From: an uncultured delta proteobacterium
GTDB lineage: Bacteria > Myxococcota > Myxococcia > Myxococcales > Anaeromyxobacteraceae
Direction of reading: 5' to 3'
DNA length: 64,000 nucleotides
Assembly: GCA_963845515.1 (NCBI GenBank)
Contig: CAWJSR010000022.1
Coordinates: 1 to 64,000, forward strand
Shown here: in pieces, positions 47,172 through 57,499 of the stretch
Numbering within the stretch: the first letter of the stretch is position 1
How the letters are laid out: every line of letters starts with the position of its first letter
Notes under the pieces: generated by a model
Databases searched by the model: none
What the model was told of the DNA's origin: nothing
Seen by the model: only the letters and a program-made list of their open reading frames with translations
Position numbers and translations under genes: made by a program

Positions 47172-47201
47172 ATACTACAGATCCGAAAAGGGATTTGGCA
47201 A
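47172..47201 (-). promoter_or_regulatory. Putative sigma70 promoter of hppA
   Basis: Minus strand TTGCCA-N18-TAGTAT. Confidence 0.55.
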
Positions 47202-47216
47202 GTACGCATTCCTCTG

Positions 47217-47261
47217 CCCCTCCCTCTCCCCAACCAGGGGGAGAGGGTCAGGGTGAGGGGG
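47217..47261. repeat. REP-like palindromic element downstream of aglS
   Basis: CCCTCTCCCC-AACCAG-GGGGAGAGGG stem followed by TCAGGGTGAGGGGG. Confidence 0.65.
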
Positions 47262-47269
47262 CGGAGAAG

Positions 47270-47854
47270 CTACCCGCCTTCCTTCGTACCCGGTCCCGAC
47301 GTGGCCGCGAGGCCGCCGGCGTCGAGCGCAGCGAAGTTCAGGTTGAAGTAGCCCGCCACGCCGCAGCTGTACATCACGCGCTTGACGATCCGGAACGGCA
47401 CCTTGGTGTCGGCCTGGATGTTCACGATCCCGTCCCACTTCTGGCTCGAGTCGGACTGGTGGATGAACTCCCACCGCTTCTTCTCGTCGCGCAGCCGCTC
47501 CTCGAGCGCCGGGATGTTCAGGTAGCCGGAGTCGCGGTCGAGGTCGGCGACGTCGGCCACCTTCTGGCCGGTCACCACGATCTGGTTCGCGCTCACCGCC
47601 ACCACCGGCGCCAGCTCGATCATCTGGCCGTGCGACGCGTTCGGCAGCTTGATGTCCTTCTGCATGTAGAGGACTTCGCCGGTGGACGAGAACTGGTTGA
47701 GCAGGAAGATGACGAGCATCGTCATCATGTCGACCATCGGCACGACGTTCAGCTCGGCGTTCGTGGCCTTGTGGCCGCCGCCCATCTTGCCGCCGAGGAT
47801 CTTCGACTTCTCGAACCGCTTGGCGGGGCGCTTCCCGGGCTGGACGATTGCCAT
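47270..47854 (-). CDS. aglS: ExbD/TolR family gliding motor subunit AglS
   Basis: MAIVQPGKR...LNVVPMVDMM, YLNIPALEERLRD, IVKRVMYSC; third gene of a tolQ-tolR-tolR operon. Confidence 0.8.
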   Translation of the reverse strand: MAIVQPGKRPAKRFEKSKILGGKMGGGHKATNAELNVVPMVDMMTMLVIFLLNQFSSTGEVLYMQKDIKLPNASHGQMIELAPVVAVSANQIVVTGQKVADVADLDRDSGYLNIPALEERLRDEKKRWEFIHQSDSSQKWDGIVNIQADTKVPFRIVKRVMYSCGVAGYFNLNFAALDAGGLAATSGPGTKEGG

Positions 47855-47867
47855 TGTTCCTCCCCGC

Positions 47868-48359
47868 CTAGACGCCGCTCACGGCGACCGACACGAGCCC
47901 CACGGCGAGGCACGCGTCGATGACCGACACCAGGTCGCCGTACGCGACGGTGTCCTCGGCCTGCACGGTGATGGCCGACTGGTCGGGATAGTCGTTCTTG
48001 AGCTGCTTGAGCCGGTCGCCCAGCCCCTTGAGGTCGAACTGGGTCGACCCCTCGGACGTCCGGCCGAGCGATGGAACCTCGAAGGTCGTCCCCGCGGAGG
48101 TGGAGAGGTTGAAGCCCCTCTCCCCCATGGCGAGCGTCACGATCAGCGCCTTCTGCTCCAGCTGCGTCGGTTCGGGGGCTCCGGACCCGAGCTGCTGGAC
48201 CTGGAGCCGCGAGATCTGGGTCCAGACCGCCGCGTAGAGGAGGAAGGTGATCAGACAGGAGAGGAGGTCGATCGCCGGGACGACGTTGATGGTCGCGTCG
48301 AGCGATTTCTTCTTCTTCTTCCCGCCGCCGCCCTGCTCGGGCATTGCGCCGCCGCCCAT
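47868..48359 (-). CDS. aglQ: ExbD/TolR family gliding motor subunit AglQ
   Basis: KKSLDATINVVPAIDLL, AVWTQISRLQV, PDQSAIT. Confidence 0.8.
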   Translation of the reverse strand: MGGGAMPEQGGGGKKKKKSLDATINVVPAIDLLSCLITFLLYAAVWTQISRLQVQQLGSGAPEPTQLEQKALIVTLAMGERGFNLSTSAGTTFEVPSLGRTSEGSTQFDLKGLGDRLKQLKNDYPDQSAITVQAEDTVAYGDLVSVIDACLAVGLVSVAVSGV

Positions 48360-48410
48360 CAGCTACCTCCTTCCCGTCGAGGTGAAGAATCGCCCCCTGA
48401 CTCGACCCGC

Positions 48411-48450
48411 TCCCAGGCCCCCGCGGGGGAGGAGGGAGGGGTGAGGGGGG
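48411..48450. repeat. Degenerate second REP-like element between aglR and aglQ
   Basis: CCCCCGCGGGGG palindrome plus AGGAGGGAGGGGTGAGGGGG tail similar to 47217-47261. Confidence 0.45.
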
Positions 48451-48459
48451 ATCGGAGGA

Positions 48460-49152
48460 TCAGACCTCCACGTCCTCGGGCTCGGTCGACACGGCGGCCG
48501 GGACCTTCATCTTCTCCCGGTTGGCCACGATCAGGTTGAGGACCGAGACGGTGGTCTCGTTGATGTCCTCGATCATGTGCTGCGTGCGCCCCTGCAGGAG
48601 CGAGTACGCCACCAGCGCCGGGATCGCCGTGAGGAGACCGAACGCGGTGCAGTTCATCGCTTCCGAGATGGAGCTCGCGAGGATGGTCGCCTTGTCGGCC
48701 GGGTTCGCGTTGGCGACCGCGCCGAACGCGCTGATGAGGCCGACGATGGTGCCGAGGAGGCCGAGGAGGGTCGCGACGTTGCCGATCATCGCGAGGTAGC
48801 CGGTGCGCGCCTCGAGCTTGGGCGACTCGCGCAGCGTCGCCTCGTCCATGGCGGCCTGGACGTCGGACTCGCCCTTCGGCACGTTGATGAGCCCGGCCTT
48901 CACCACGGAGACGAGCGGCGTCTTCTTCTGGCTCGCGCAGAAGCTGATGGCCTTGTCGAGGTCACCCGCGAAGATGTGCTTCTTGAGGCCGCGGACGAAC
49001 GCCTCCTTGTCGAGCGCAGCCTTGAAATACAGGACGATCACGCGGTCGATGACCAGCGCGAGCGCGACGACGAGAGAGACGAGGATCGGGTGCATCATGA
49101 ACCCGCCCTCGTGATAGTGCTTCGCAAGCGTCCCGAACATCGATTCGCCCAT
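48460..49152 (-). CDS. aglR: MotA/TolQ/ExbB family gliding motor subunit AglR
   Basis: KEAFVRGLKKHIFAGDLDKAI, KAGLINVPKG, ANPADKATILA, EAMNCTAFGL match my recollection of myxobacterial AglR. Confidence 0.85.
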   Translation of the reverse strand: MGESMFGTLAKHYHEGGFMMHPILVSLVVALALVIDRVIVLYFKAALDKEAFVRGLKKHIFAGDLDKAISFCASQKKTPLVSVVKAGLINVPKGESDVQAAMDEATLRESPKLEARTGYLAMIGNVATLLGLLGTIVGLISAFGAVANANPADKATILASSISEAMNCTAFGLLTAIPALVAYSLLQGRTQHMIEDINETTVSVLNLIVANREKMKVPAAVSTEPEDVEV

Positions 49153-49281
49153 GGCCTGGTGACCTCCGGAGAGCCCCGCAGTGCGCCCTGGTAGTCAGGC
49201 TGCGCACTTCCATGAAAACACTGCCGAAGCGATCCCGTACCACGGGGTTTCCGCGCGCGTCAACGAAGCGCTCGCCGCGGA

Positions 49282-50085
49282 TCAGCCTGCGGCGGGCAGG
49301 CGCACGGTGAAAATACTTCCTTTCCCCCGCTCACTCGTGAACGTGAGCGTCCCCCCGTGACGCGCCACGATGCCTGCGGCGATCGGCAGGCCGAGCCCGG
49401 TCCCCTTCCCGCCGGGCTGCGTCGTGAAGAACGGCTCCATGCAGCGCGCCGCGACCTCGGGCGCCATGCCGGCGCCCGTGTCCTCGACCCGGATCACCGC
49501 GACGCCCGCGTCGTCGCCGACGCTGATGTCGATGGTGCCGCCACCGCGGATCGCCTCCGCCGCGTTCGTGATGAGGTTGACCAGCACCTGCTCGAGCGAC
49601 GCCCTGTTCCCGGCGACGGGTGGCGGGTTCTCCACCCGGTTCACCAGCGAGGCGTCCGCCTCCTTGAGCGCGGGCTTGCAGAGCCGCGCCGCCTTCTCCA
49701 CCAGCTCGCGCAGATCGATCGGCTCCCGCCGATCCGCGCCTGGGCGCGCGTACGAGGTGAGGTCGCGCATGAAGCGCTGCACGCGGACCGCCGCGTCGGC
49801 GATCGCCTTGAGCTTGTCCACCTCGGCGGCGAGCGGGCCGCCGAGCCGCGCCTCGTCGAGCATCATCTCCGTGTACATGGTGACCACGGTGAGCGGGTTG
49901 TTGAGCTCGTGGACCACTCCGGCCGCGAGCCGTCCCAGCCCCGCGAAGCGCTGCACCCGCTCCTCGAAGGCCGCGACGTCGACCGCCAGCCTCGCCAGCG
50001 CTCCGGCCAGCTCCGCGTCCCCGCGGGCCTGCGCGCACACCCGGGCCGCCTCGATGGTCCGCCAGATGTCGTCATCCGCCTTCAT
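49282..50085 (-). CDS. Soluble histidine kinase (HisKA + HATPase) with a very short N-terminus
   Basis: HELNNPL, QVLVNLITNA, DTGAG, FFTT, GTGLGL. Confidence 0.88.
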   Translation of the reverse strand: MKADDDIWRTIEAARVCAQARGDAELAGALARLAVDVAAFEERVQRFAGLGRLAAGVVHELNNPLTVVTMYTEMMLDEARLGGPLAAEVDKLKAIADAAVRVQRFMRDLTSYARPGADRREPIDLRELVEKAARLCKPALKEADASLVNRVENPPPVAGNRASLEQVLVNLITNAAEAIRGGGTIDISVGDDAGVAVIRVEDTGAGMAPEVAARCMEPFFTTQPGGKGTGLGLPIAAGIVARHGGTLTFTSERGKGSIFTVRLPAAG

Positions 50086-50105
50086 CGTCCCCCCCCTCGC
50101 GTTCT

Positions 50106-50708
50106 TCACTGCGGAGCCAGGTCGAGGTGCGCGAGCAGCTTCGCGATCCGCTCCGGCTCCGGCATCACCAGGATCAGCCCCTCGAGCGCGGCCCCCGCCT
50201 CGCCGCACGTGAAGCGGGTCGCCAGCGCCACCGAGCCGGCGTGATCAACCAGCCGCTCGACGCACGCCTTTCCGCTGCCCTGCGCGAAGGTCGGGACGGA
50301 GAGCAGGAGCTTCTCGCCCACCATCGTCCCGACCGCCGACACGAAGGCGCTCCCGACGATGTTGCCCGACTCCATCAGGGCGCTCTCCGCCATCCCCTCC
50401 CACCTGCCGGCGGTCGGGAACCCGAGCATCGCGGCGAGCTTCTCCGCGTCCGGCTCGGGGAGCGCCAGCACCAGGTTTCCGGTCAGGGCCCCCTCCAGCC
50501 GCACGCCGACCGCCACGAGGTCCTGCCCCATCGAGCCCAGGAAGTTGGCGATCGCCCCCTCGTCGGCGCCGAACCAGGCCTCCGGCACGTCCATGTCGAT
50601 GCGGCGGCCGGCGAGCTTGCCGAGGGCGCTGATGGCCTGGCCGCACCCGACGCTCGCCAGCTCCTGGAGCGCGTCCACCTCCTGGCGGCTGAACTCGGTG
50701 GCGTTCAT
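50106..50708 (-). CDS. cheC: CheC-like phosphatase (DifG)
   Basis: DALQELASVG and SALMESGNI CheC motifs. Confidence 0.85.
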   Translation of the reverse strand: MNATEFSRQEVDALQELASVGCGQAISALGKLAGRRIDMDVPEAWFGADEGAIANFLGSMGQDLVAVGVRLEGALTGNLVLALPEPDAEKLAAMLGFPTAGRWEGMAESALMESGNIVGSAFVSAVGTMVGEKLLLSVPTFAQGSGKACVERLVDHAGSVALATRFTCGEAGAALEGLILVMPEPERIAKLLAHLDLAPQ

Positions 50709-52721
50709 GCTACGAGCAGCCTCGAGACATCCAGGATGAAGACCGGCCGCCCGTTGCCGAGGACGGTCACCGCGGAGAGGCCGTGGACGGCGTCCAGCGG
50801 CGAGGAGAGCGGCTTGAGCACCGCCTCCTGCTGGCCGAGGAGCCCGTCGACGGCGAGCCCGACGCGGCCGACGTCGCCTCCCTCCGCGATCACCACGGCC
50901 CGCTCGTCACGGCCCGGATCCGACTCGAACCCCAGGAGGCGGCCGAGATCGCGCACGGGGATCAGCTCGCCCGCCCAGGAGAAGACCGGCTCGCCCTGCG
51001 TCCGGTCGAGCCGCGAGAGCTCCACCTGCGCCGCCCCGTGCACCTTGGCGATGGGGAGGCCGAGCACCTCGTCGGCGACGCGGACGAGCAGGACCTGCTG
51101 CACCGCCACCGTGAGCGGAAGGCGGAAGGTGAAGCGGCTCCCGGCGCCGGGGATGCTGTCTATCTCGAGCGTCCCGCCGAGCGACTCCACCACACGCTTC
51201 ACCACGTCGAGCCCGACCCCTCGCCCGGACACGTCGGTCACCGTCTCCGCGGTCGACAGGCCTGGCAGGCAGGCGAGCTGGAGCGCCTCGCGGTCCGTCA
51301 GGGCCGCCGCCTGCGCCTCGGAGAGGGCGCCGCGCGCCATCGCGGCCTGCCGGAGCTTGAGCGGCTCCATCCCGCGGCCGTCGTCGGAGATCTCGAGGAT
51401 GACGCGGTCGCGCTCGCGCTTCGCGTGCACCGCCACCAACCCGGCGGGCGGCTTGCCGGCGAGCTGCCGGAGGTGCGACGGCTCGATCCCGTGGTCGACC
51501 GCGTTCCGGATCAGGTGGGTCAGCGGATCGCCCAGCTCCTCGAGGATCGCGCGGTCGATCTCGATCTCCGCGCCGGTCACCACCACCTCGACGAGCTTGC
51601 CGACCTTGCGCGCTATGTCCCGCGCCGAGCGCGGGAGCCGCTCGGTGACCGTCGCGAGCGGCGTCATGCGGACCGTCATCACCTTGTCGTGCAGGTCCTT
51701 CACGACGGCGTGGAGCCGGTCGACGCCGTCCTCCAGCGCTGGGCGCACCTGCGCAGGCAGCGTGCGGCCGACCTCGCGGATGCGCGCGGTGGCGAGGATC
51801 AGCTCGCCGACCGTGTCCAGGAAGTAGTCGAGGAGGTCCGTCTTGACGCGGACGGTCCGCGACCCCTCGGCGGCCGGGGGCGCGTCCCTCGGGGCCGGCG
51901 GCGCGGCCGGCAGCGGGGCGACGCGCTCGGCCTCCCCCTCCGTCACGCTGACCGCGGCCAGGTCGGAGATCTGCGCGAGGGCCCGCTGGATCGCCGGCAG
52001 CGGCTCGGCGGTCTGCAGCGTCACCACGAGCCGCTTGCCGGGGATGCGGCCGGCCTTCAGCTCGTCGACCGACGGGGCGGCCCGCTCCACCGCGCCGAGC
52101 GCGGCCAGCTTCTTCACCACCAGGAAGCCACGGACCGCCGGGACCGGGCAACGCCGGGACGATCTCGACCTCGACGCGGACCGGGCGCGCGACCCGCCCG
52201 GCCGGCGCGGCCGGCGGCATGACGTGGGACGGCGCCGGCGCGGCGGCAGCGGCGGGGCGAACGGGCTCCGGCGACTCCGCCGCCGCTGGCTGGACGTCGG
52301 CGCCCCGGGTCCCGGTGGGATCGCTGGCGCGCCGGGCGGCGTCGGCGAGCCGCGCCTCGAGCTCCGGGCGTGGGGCCGGCTTCGCCCCGGACGCCGACTC
52401 GGCCACCATGTCCTGCAGCTCGTCGCAGGCGTCGAAGAGGACGTCGAGCACCCAGGGCTCGAACCGCTTGCCCCCCCTGCGGAAGACGTCGACGAGGTCC
52501 TCCGCCCTGTGCGCGAGCGCTGCGGTCGCCTCGAGCGCCATCGACGCGCTCATTCCCTTCACGCTGTGGGCGTGGCGGAAGAGGCTGTCGACCACCGAGC
52601 GGGAGTCCCCCTCGCCGGAGTTCGCCTTCTCCAGCTTCACGAGGTCGGACGAGAACGCGGCGAGGTGCTCGGCGGCCTCGGCGAGGTAGAGGGTCAGGTA
52701 CTTCTGGAGATCTAGCGCCAC
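50705..52721 (-). CDS. cheA: CheA histidine kinase (DifE-like); frameshift near 52140
   Basis: Hpt FRHAHSVKGM; HLIRNAVDHG, DDGRG, SGRGVGLD; C-terminal CheW domain. Confidence 0.92.
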
Positions 52722-52743
52722 GGCGACGATCCGGGCGCGGGGG

Positions 52744-53112
52744 TCAGACTTCGCCCAGCACCTTCTTCACGACGGAGAGCACGTCCTCGGCCTTGAACGG
52801 CTTCACGATGAAGTCGCTCGCACCGGCCTCGATCGCCTCCATCACGAGCGACTCCTGCCCCAGCGCGCTGCACATCACGATCACGGCCTTGCCATCGCTC
52901 TTGATGATCTCGCGAGTGGCCTCGATGCCGCTCTTGAAGGGCATCACGATGTCCATCGTCGTGAGGTCGGGCTTCAGCTCCCTGTACTTCTCGACGGCCT
53001 CGAGGCCGTTCGCCGCCTCTCCCACCACCGTGAAGCCGGAGCCGGAGAAGATGTCCTTGATCATGTTCCGCATGAAGATCGCGTCGTCCACGATGAGGAC
53101 TCGCTTCGCCAT
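52744..53112 (-). CDS. cheY: CheY-like response regulator (DifD)
   Basis: VDDAIFMRNMIKDIF, TMDIVMPFKSG, SALGQE, FIVKPF. Confidence 0.93.
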   Translation of the reverse strand: MAKRVLIVDDAIFMRNMIKDIFSGSGFTVVGEAANGLEAVEKYRELKPDLTTMDIVMPFKSGIEATREIIKSDGKAVIVMCSALGQESLVMEAIEAGASDFIVKPFKAEDVLSVVKKVLGEV

Positions 53113-53215
53113 ATTGCCTCGGCTCCCTCCCGGCGGTGCGCGACCTCTGCGCCGCCGACGAACGTGAAAAGTACCACCCCTATCGGCGAACGGACAAGGA
53201 ACCGGACCGGCTGCC

Positions 53216-53671
53216 TCAGCCGCCGCTCCCGAACAGCCCGTCCGCCACCTCCGCGAGGCCGTCGGGGGCGAGGATCGAGACCGCGACCCCCTTGACCACC
53301 ACGACCCCGCGCACGACGCGGTCGTCGCCCGGTGGGGGCACGATGACCGGCTCGACCCCGATCACCTGCCCGATCAGGAAGCCCAGGCTGCGCTTCTCGC
53401 GCTCCAGCACCAGCACCTGTCCCTGCCCACCGGCGAGCGCCTGTGGCGGGAGCCCCACGAGCGGCGCCAGATCGACGACCGGCAGGACGCGGCCGCGCAG
53501 GTTCATGACGCCGCGGACCGCCTCGGACACGCGGGGCACCCGCGCGAACGGCGGCTGCGGCACCACGACCTCGCGCACCGTCCCCAGCGGCAGCGCGTAC
53601 CGCTCGCCCGCCACGCGGAAGACGACGTACCGGACTGGGTCCGCGCCGGCCGCGGCCGCGGGCTCGGCCAT
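53216..53671 (-). CDS. cheW: CheW adaptor (DifC-like)
   Basis: YVVFRVAGERYALPL, VRGVMNLRGRVLPVVDL. Confidence 0.9.
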   Translation of the reverse strand: MAEPAAAAGADPVRYVVFRVAGERYALPLGTVREVVVPQPPFARVPRVSEAVRGVMNLRGRVLPVVDLAPLVGLPPQALAGGQGQVLVLEREKRSLGFLIGQVIGVEPVIVPPPGDDRVVRGVVVVKGVAVSILAPDGLAEVADGLFGSGG

Positions 53672-54990
53672 CACCCCTGGCCGAGGCGGAAGCGGGAGAC
53701 GACGGTCTGCAGCTCGACCGACAGGTTGGTGAGCTCCTGCGCCGCGCTCGCCATCTGCGCGACCGCGGCGGTCTGCTCGGCGGTGACCTTGCGGACCTGC
53801 TCGGTGGAGGTCGCGTTGGAGGTGGCGACGTCCGAGATGTGATCCATCGCCGAGACCATGTCGGCCGAGCCCTTGAGCTGCTCCCGGGCGGCCTGCGAGA
53901 TCACCCGCACCTTGGCGGCGCCGGTGGCGGCGATCTGGGCGATGTCGGCGAGGGCCCGGATGATGGCGTTCAGGTCCTCGCGCCCCTCCCCCAGCTCGGC
54001 CACCGACTCCTTCATCGTCTCGACGACGGTGGCGGCGCGGCTCGAGATGTCGGCGGCGAGGCCGCTGATCTGCTCCGCGGACCGGCCCGAGCTCTCGGCG
54101 AGCTTGCGCACCTCCTCTGCGACGACGGCGAAGCCGCGGCCGTACTCGCCGGCGCGGGCTGCCTCGATGGTCGCGTTGAGCGCGAGGAGGTTGGTCTGGT
54201 TCGCCACGCGGGTGATCGCCTCGACGATCTTGGAGATCTCCTTGGTCCGCTCGCCGAAGGCGAAGATCTGCTCGCTCGCGGCCTCGATGCGCGCGAAGAC
54301 CTTCTTCACCTTCTCGCCGGTGAGGCGCGCCGCCTCGCCGCCGCTCGCGGCGGACGAGGAGGTCTCGGTGGAGGCCCGGGCGGCCTCCTCCGCAGAGGAG
54401 GCCGTCCGCTCGATCGAGGCGGCGATGTCCCCGATGACCTTGGAGGTGCGCTCGACGAGCTCCGACTGCTGGCCGGCGCCCACGGCGATCTTCTCCATCG
54501 AGCGCGCCACCTCGTCGGTGGAGGAGTTCACCTCCTCGGCCGAGGCCTGCAGGTCGTTCGCGCTCTCGGAGACGGAGGACGCGGTCCGCTGGATCCGGGA
54601 GACCAGGTCGCGCAGGTTCTCCTGCATCGTCCGGATCGCCTCGGTCAGGTCGTCGATCTCGTCGTGGAAGCCGCGCTGCTCCTCGGAGTGGACGCTCTTG
54701 GAGAGGTCGCCGGCGCTGATCTCCGCGGCGCTCTCCTTCAGCCGTGCGAGGCGCGAGACGCGGGCCAGCGAGATGGTGAGCAGCCACCCGATCCCGAGGG
54801 TGCAGAAGAAGAGGACGACCCCCTCGGCCCACGCGTTGTCGAGCCGCCCCTTCACGAAGGGGATGAGCGCGAGGAGCGCGCCGCCGAGGATCAGGTAGGA
54901 GCCGAGGATCTTGGTCTGGAGCGAGATGTTGAACGTCCGCCGCCACGGCGCCGGCGGCCGGATCCCCTCGGAGACCGCGCGCCCCCGCAT
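53671..54990 (-). CDS. Methyl-accepting chemotaxis protein (DifA-like)
   Basis: Two close TM segments, HAMP (DEIDDLT), [35 protein letters not shown]. Confidence 0.92.
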   Translation of the reverse strand: MRGRAVSEGIRPPAPWRRTFNISLQTKILGSYLILGGALLALIPFVKGRLDNAWAEGVVLFFCTLGIGWLLTISLARVSRLARLKESAAEISAGDLSKSVHSEEQRGFHDEIDDLTEAIRTMQENLRDLVSRIQRTASSVSESANDLQASAEEVNSSTDEVARSMEKIAVGAGQQSELVERTSKVIGDIAASIERTASSAEEAARASTETSSSAASGGEAARLTGEKVKKVFARIEAASEQIFAFGERTKEISKIVEAITRVANQTNLLALNATIEAARAGEYGRGFAVVAEEVRKLAESSGRSAEQISGLAADISSRAATVVETMKESVAELGEGREDLNAIIRALADIAQIAATGAAKVRVISQAAREQLKGSADMVSAMDHISDVATSNATSTEQVRKVTAEQTAAVAQMASAAQELTNLSVELQTVVSRFRLGQG

Positions 54991-55040
54991 CGCCACGAGG
55001 TGGGGCGCGTCCTGCCATCGCGCGGACGGCCGGGTGGACG

Positions 55041-56099
55041 TCAGGCGGTCGTCTCGAGACACGTTGTGAGGCTCCCTTCGTCTGCGCCCTCGAAGCTCAG
55101 GGCAGGATGGATCCTGATGAGCGCCCGCTGGTTTGTCAAAACGCCGGGCCGGCCGCGGGCGAGGTGGTCGTGCCCTGGGCGGTACGGATGGAGCTTCCCG
55201 GAGCACTCGACCACCTGCACGCCGGCGCCCGGCAGGATCGACCCGATCAGCGCCAGCGGGGTCGCCGCACCGGCGGCGGCCCGGAGCGCCGCCGCGACCT
55301 TCCGGACCGGGACGGTCACGCAGAGCTCGTAGTCCTCGCCGCCCGAGAGCGCGGCCGCCCAGGGGTCGGCGGCGCGCCGCGTGGCGCGGCGGTAGGCGGG
55401 CGAGAGCGGCAGCTCCTCCAGCCTCACGCTCGCGGCCACCCCAGAGGCGGCGCACAGGTGGCCCAGATCCTGGACGAGCCCGTCCGAGACGTCGATCGCG
55501 GCGCTCGCGATGCCGCGCAGCGCGCGGCCGAGGTCCAGCCGCGGCGAGGGACGTCGCTGGCGCCGCGCGAGCGCAGCCGGCGCGCCCCTCCGCAGCCCCA
55601 GCGCCGCGTCGCCGACCGTGCCGGAGAGCAGGATCGCGTCGCCGACCCGCGCGCCGTCGCGCCGCAGCGGCGCGGCCGTGCTCCCGACCACCGTGACGGT
55701 GAGGGAGAGCTGCCGCGCGCGCGTGACGTTGCCGCCGACCACCGCCAGGCCGTGGCGGCGCGCGCAGGACCCGAGCCCGCGCGCGATCCCGGCCACCCGC
55801 GCCGGGCTGGTGCCGCGCGGGAGGGCGAGCGCCACGAGGGCCCAGAGCGGCCGCGCACCCATCGCGGCGAGGTCGGACAGGTTGACCGCGAGCGCCTTCC
55901 ACCCGACGTCGGCCGCCGAGAAGCGCCGGTCGAAGTGGACGCCCTCGAAGACGGCGTCGGCCGTCGCGACGAGCTGCTCGCCACGCGGCGGCGCCAGGAT
56001 CGCGGCGTCGTCGCCGACGCCGAGGATCACCCCCTCGCCACGCAGCGGCAGCGCGCGCGTGAAGAGCTCGATGAGCTCGAATTCTCCGGGCGTCTTCAC
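55041..56099 (-). CDS. thiL: Thiamine-phosphate kinase
   Basis: [39 protein letters not shown]. Confidence 0.92.
   Translation of the reverse strand: MKTPGEFELIELFTRALPLRGEGVILGVGDDAAILAPPRGEQLVATADAVFEGVHFDRRFSAADVGWKALAVNLSDLAAMGARPLWALVALALPRGTSPARVAGIARGLGSCARRHGLAVVGGNVTRARQLSLTVTVVGSTAAPLRRDGARVGDAILLSGTVGDAALGLRRGAPAALARRQRRPSPRLDLGRALRGIASAAIDVSDGLVQDLGHLCAASGVAASVRLEELPLSPAYRRATRRAADPWAAALSGGEDYELCVTVPVRKVAAALRAAAGAATPLALIGSILPGAGVQVVECSGKLHPYRPGHDHLARGRPGVLTNQRALIRIHPALSFEGADEGSLTTCLETTA
55111..55139 (-). promoter_or_regulatory. Putative sigma70 promoter of the dif operon, inside the thiL 3' tail
   Basis: Minus strand TTGACA-N17-CAGGAT. Confidence 0.55.
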
Positions 56100-56101
56100 G
56101 G

Positions 56102-57499
56102 TCAGCCGCGCGAGCTCGCGACGGGCGGCAGGCCGGGCGCCGGGGTGACGGCGGGCACCAGCACCGGGCGGAGCGGCAGGGTGAGCGTGAAGATCGACCC
56201 GCCGCCGGCGCGCTCGGCGACCGAGACCTGGCCGCCGTGCGCCTCGATGAAGCTCTTGACGATGGCGAGCCCCAGCCCGGCCCCCCCGTACTCGCGGGTC
56301 GACGAGCCGTCCACCTGGTAGAAGACGTCGAAGACCCGCTCGCGGTGCTCGGGCAGGATCCCGATCCCGGTGTCCTGGACGTGGAGGGCGAGCTGGCCGC
56401 CCGGCGCCGGGGTGGCGTTGACCGTGATGGTCCCCCCGGCCGGCGTGAACTTCACCGCGTTCTGGCAGAGGTTCACCAGGCACTGGCGGAGCTTCTCGCG
56501 GTCGCACTGGAGCCGGGGGAGGTCGCCCGGCTCGCACGACACGCGGATCCCCTTCTTGCGCGCGAGCGGCAGGACCGTCGCGACCGCGTCACGCATCAGC
56601 TGCGCGGGGTCGGCCTCGGCGATGATGAGCCGCACGCGCCCCGCCTCGATCTTGGAGATGTCGAGGATGGAGGTGATGAGCTGGAGGAGGTTCTCCCCCT
56701 TCTCCATGATGATGCCCAGGTACTCCTTCTGCTCGCCGGTGAGCGGCCCCCCGAGCCCCTCCAGCATCATCTCCGAGTAGCCGATGACGCTCGTGAGCGG
56801 CGTCCGCAGCTCGTGGCTCATCGTCGCGAGGAAGTTGGACTTCAGCCTGTCCAGCTCCTTGAGCCGCGCGAAGCTGTCCTCGAGCTGGTGGTTCTTCTCC
56901 TGGAGGGAGCGGTAGTCCTCCTGGACCGCCTCGATGTGGAGCCGCGCGGTGATGAGCGCCTTGTGGCCGGTGAAGACCATCACCTCGACGAGGTCGCCGA
57001 AGTGCTTGACGATCTTCTCGGCGGTGGCGCGCGAGGCGCGCCGGATCTTCTGCGCGTACCCCTCCGCCAGCTTCACGTCGAAGTCGGGGGAGATGGCCGC
57101 CAGCTCCCGGGGCATCGCCTTCAGCTCCTCGGGGAGGAACGGGCCGAAGACGATCCGGCCGATCGAGTCCCCCTCGTACAGGACGGGCTGGGCCAGGTAG
57201 CGGCAGCCGGAGAAGCAGTCGATCACCTGCTGGACGTGCTCCTCGGGGAGCGGATCGTTCTTCACGCGGCCGACCGTGGCCATGCACTGCTCGCGGCCGG
57301 CGCTCTTCGTCCAGATGTAGCCGCAGAAGTCCGCGTTGCCGACCTTCACGTCGACGAGCTTGTTCCCGTCGGCGTCGAAGACCTTCAGCCCGACCCGGTA
57401 GAGCTCCACGAACGACTGGCACACCTCGGCGAAGGCCCGCAGGTCGAGCAGATCCCCCAGGGGGATCTTCGCCTGGAGCACCGAGGAGGGGAGGCTCAC
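56102..57499 (-). CDS. Cytoplasmic histidine kinase with PocR-like input domain
   Basis: N-terminal FCGYI...C...DCFSG Cys pattern; [26 protein letters not shown]. Confidence 0.85.
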   Translation of the reverse strand: MSLPSSVLQAKIPLGDLLDLRAFAEVCQSFVELYRVGLKVFDADGNKLVDVKVGNADFCGYIWTKSAGREQCMATVGRVKNDPLPEEHVQQVIDCFSGCRYLAQPVLYEGDSIGRIVFGPFLPEELKAMPRELAAISPDFDVKLAEGYAQKIRRASRATAEKIVKHFGDLVEVMVFTGHKALITARLHIEAVQEDYRSLQEKNHQLEDSFARLKELDRLKSNFLATMSHELRTPLTSVIGYSEMMLEGLGGPLTGEQKEYLGIIMEKGENLLQLITSILDISKIEAGRVRLIIAEADPAQLMRDAVATVLPLARKKGIRVSCEPGDLPRLQCDREKLRQCLVNLCQNAVKFTPAGGTITVNATPAPGGQLALHVQDTGIGILPEHRERVFDVFYQVDGSSTREYGGAGLGLAIVKSFIEAHGGQVSVAERAGGGSIFTLTLPLRPVLVPAVTPAPGLPPVASSRG

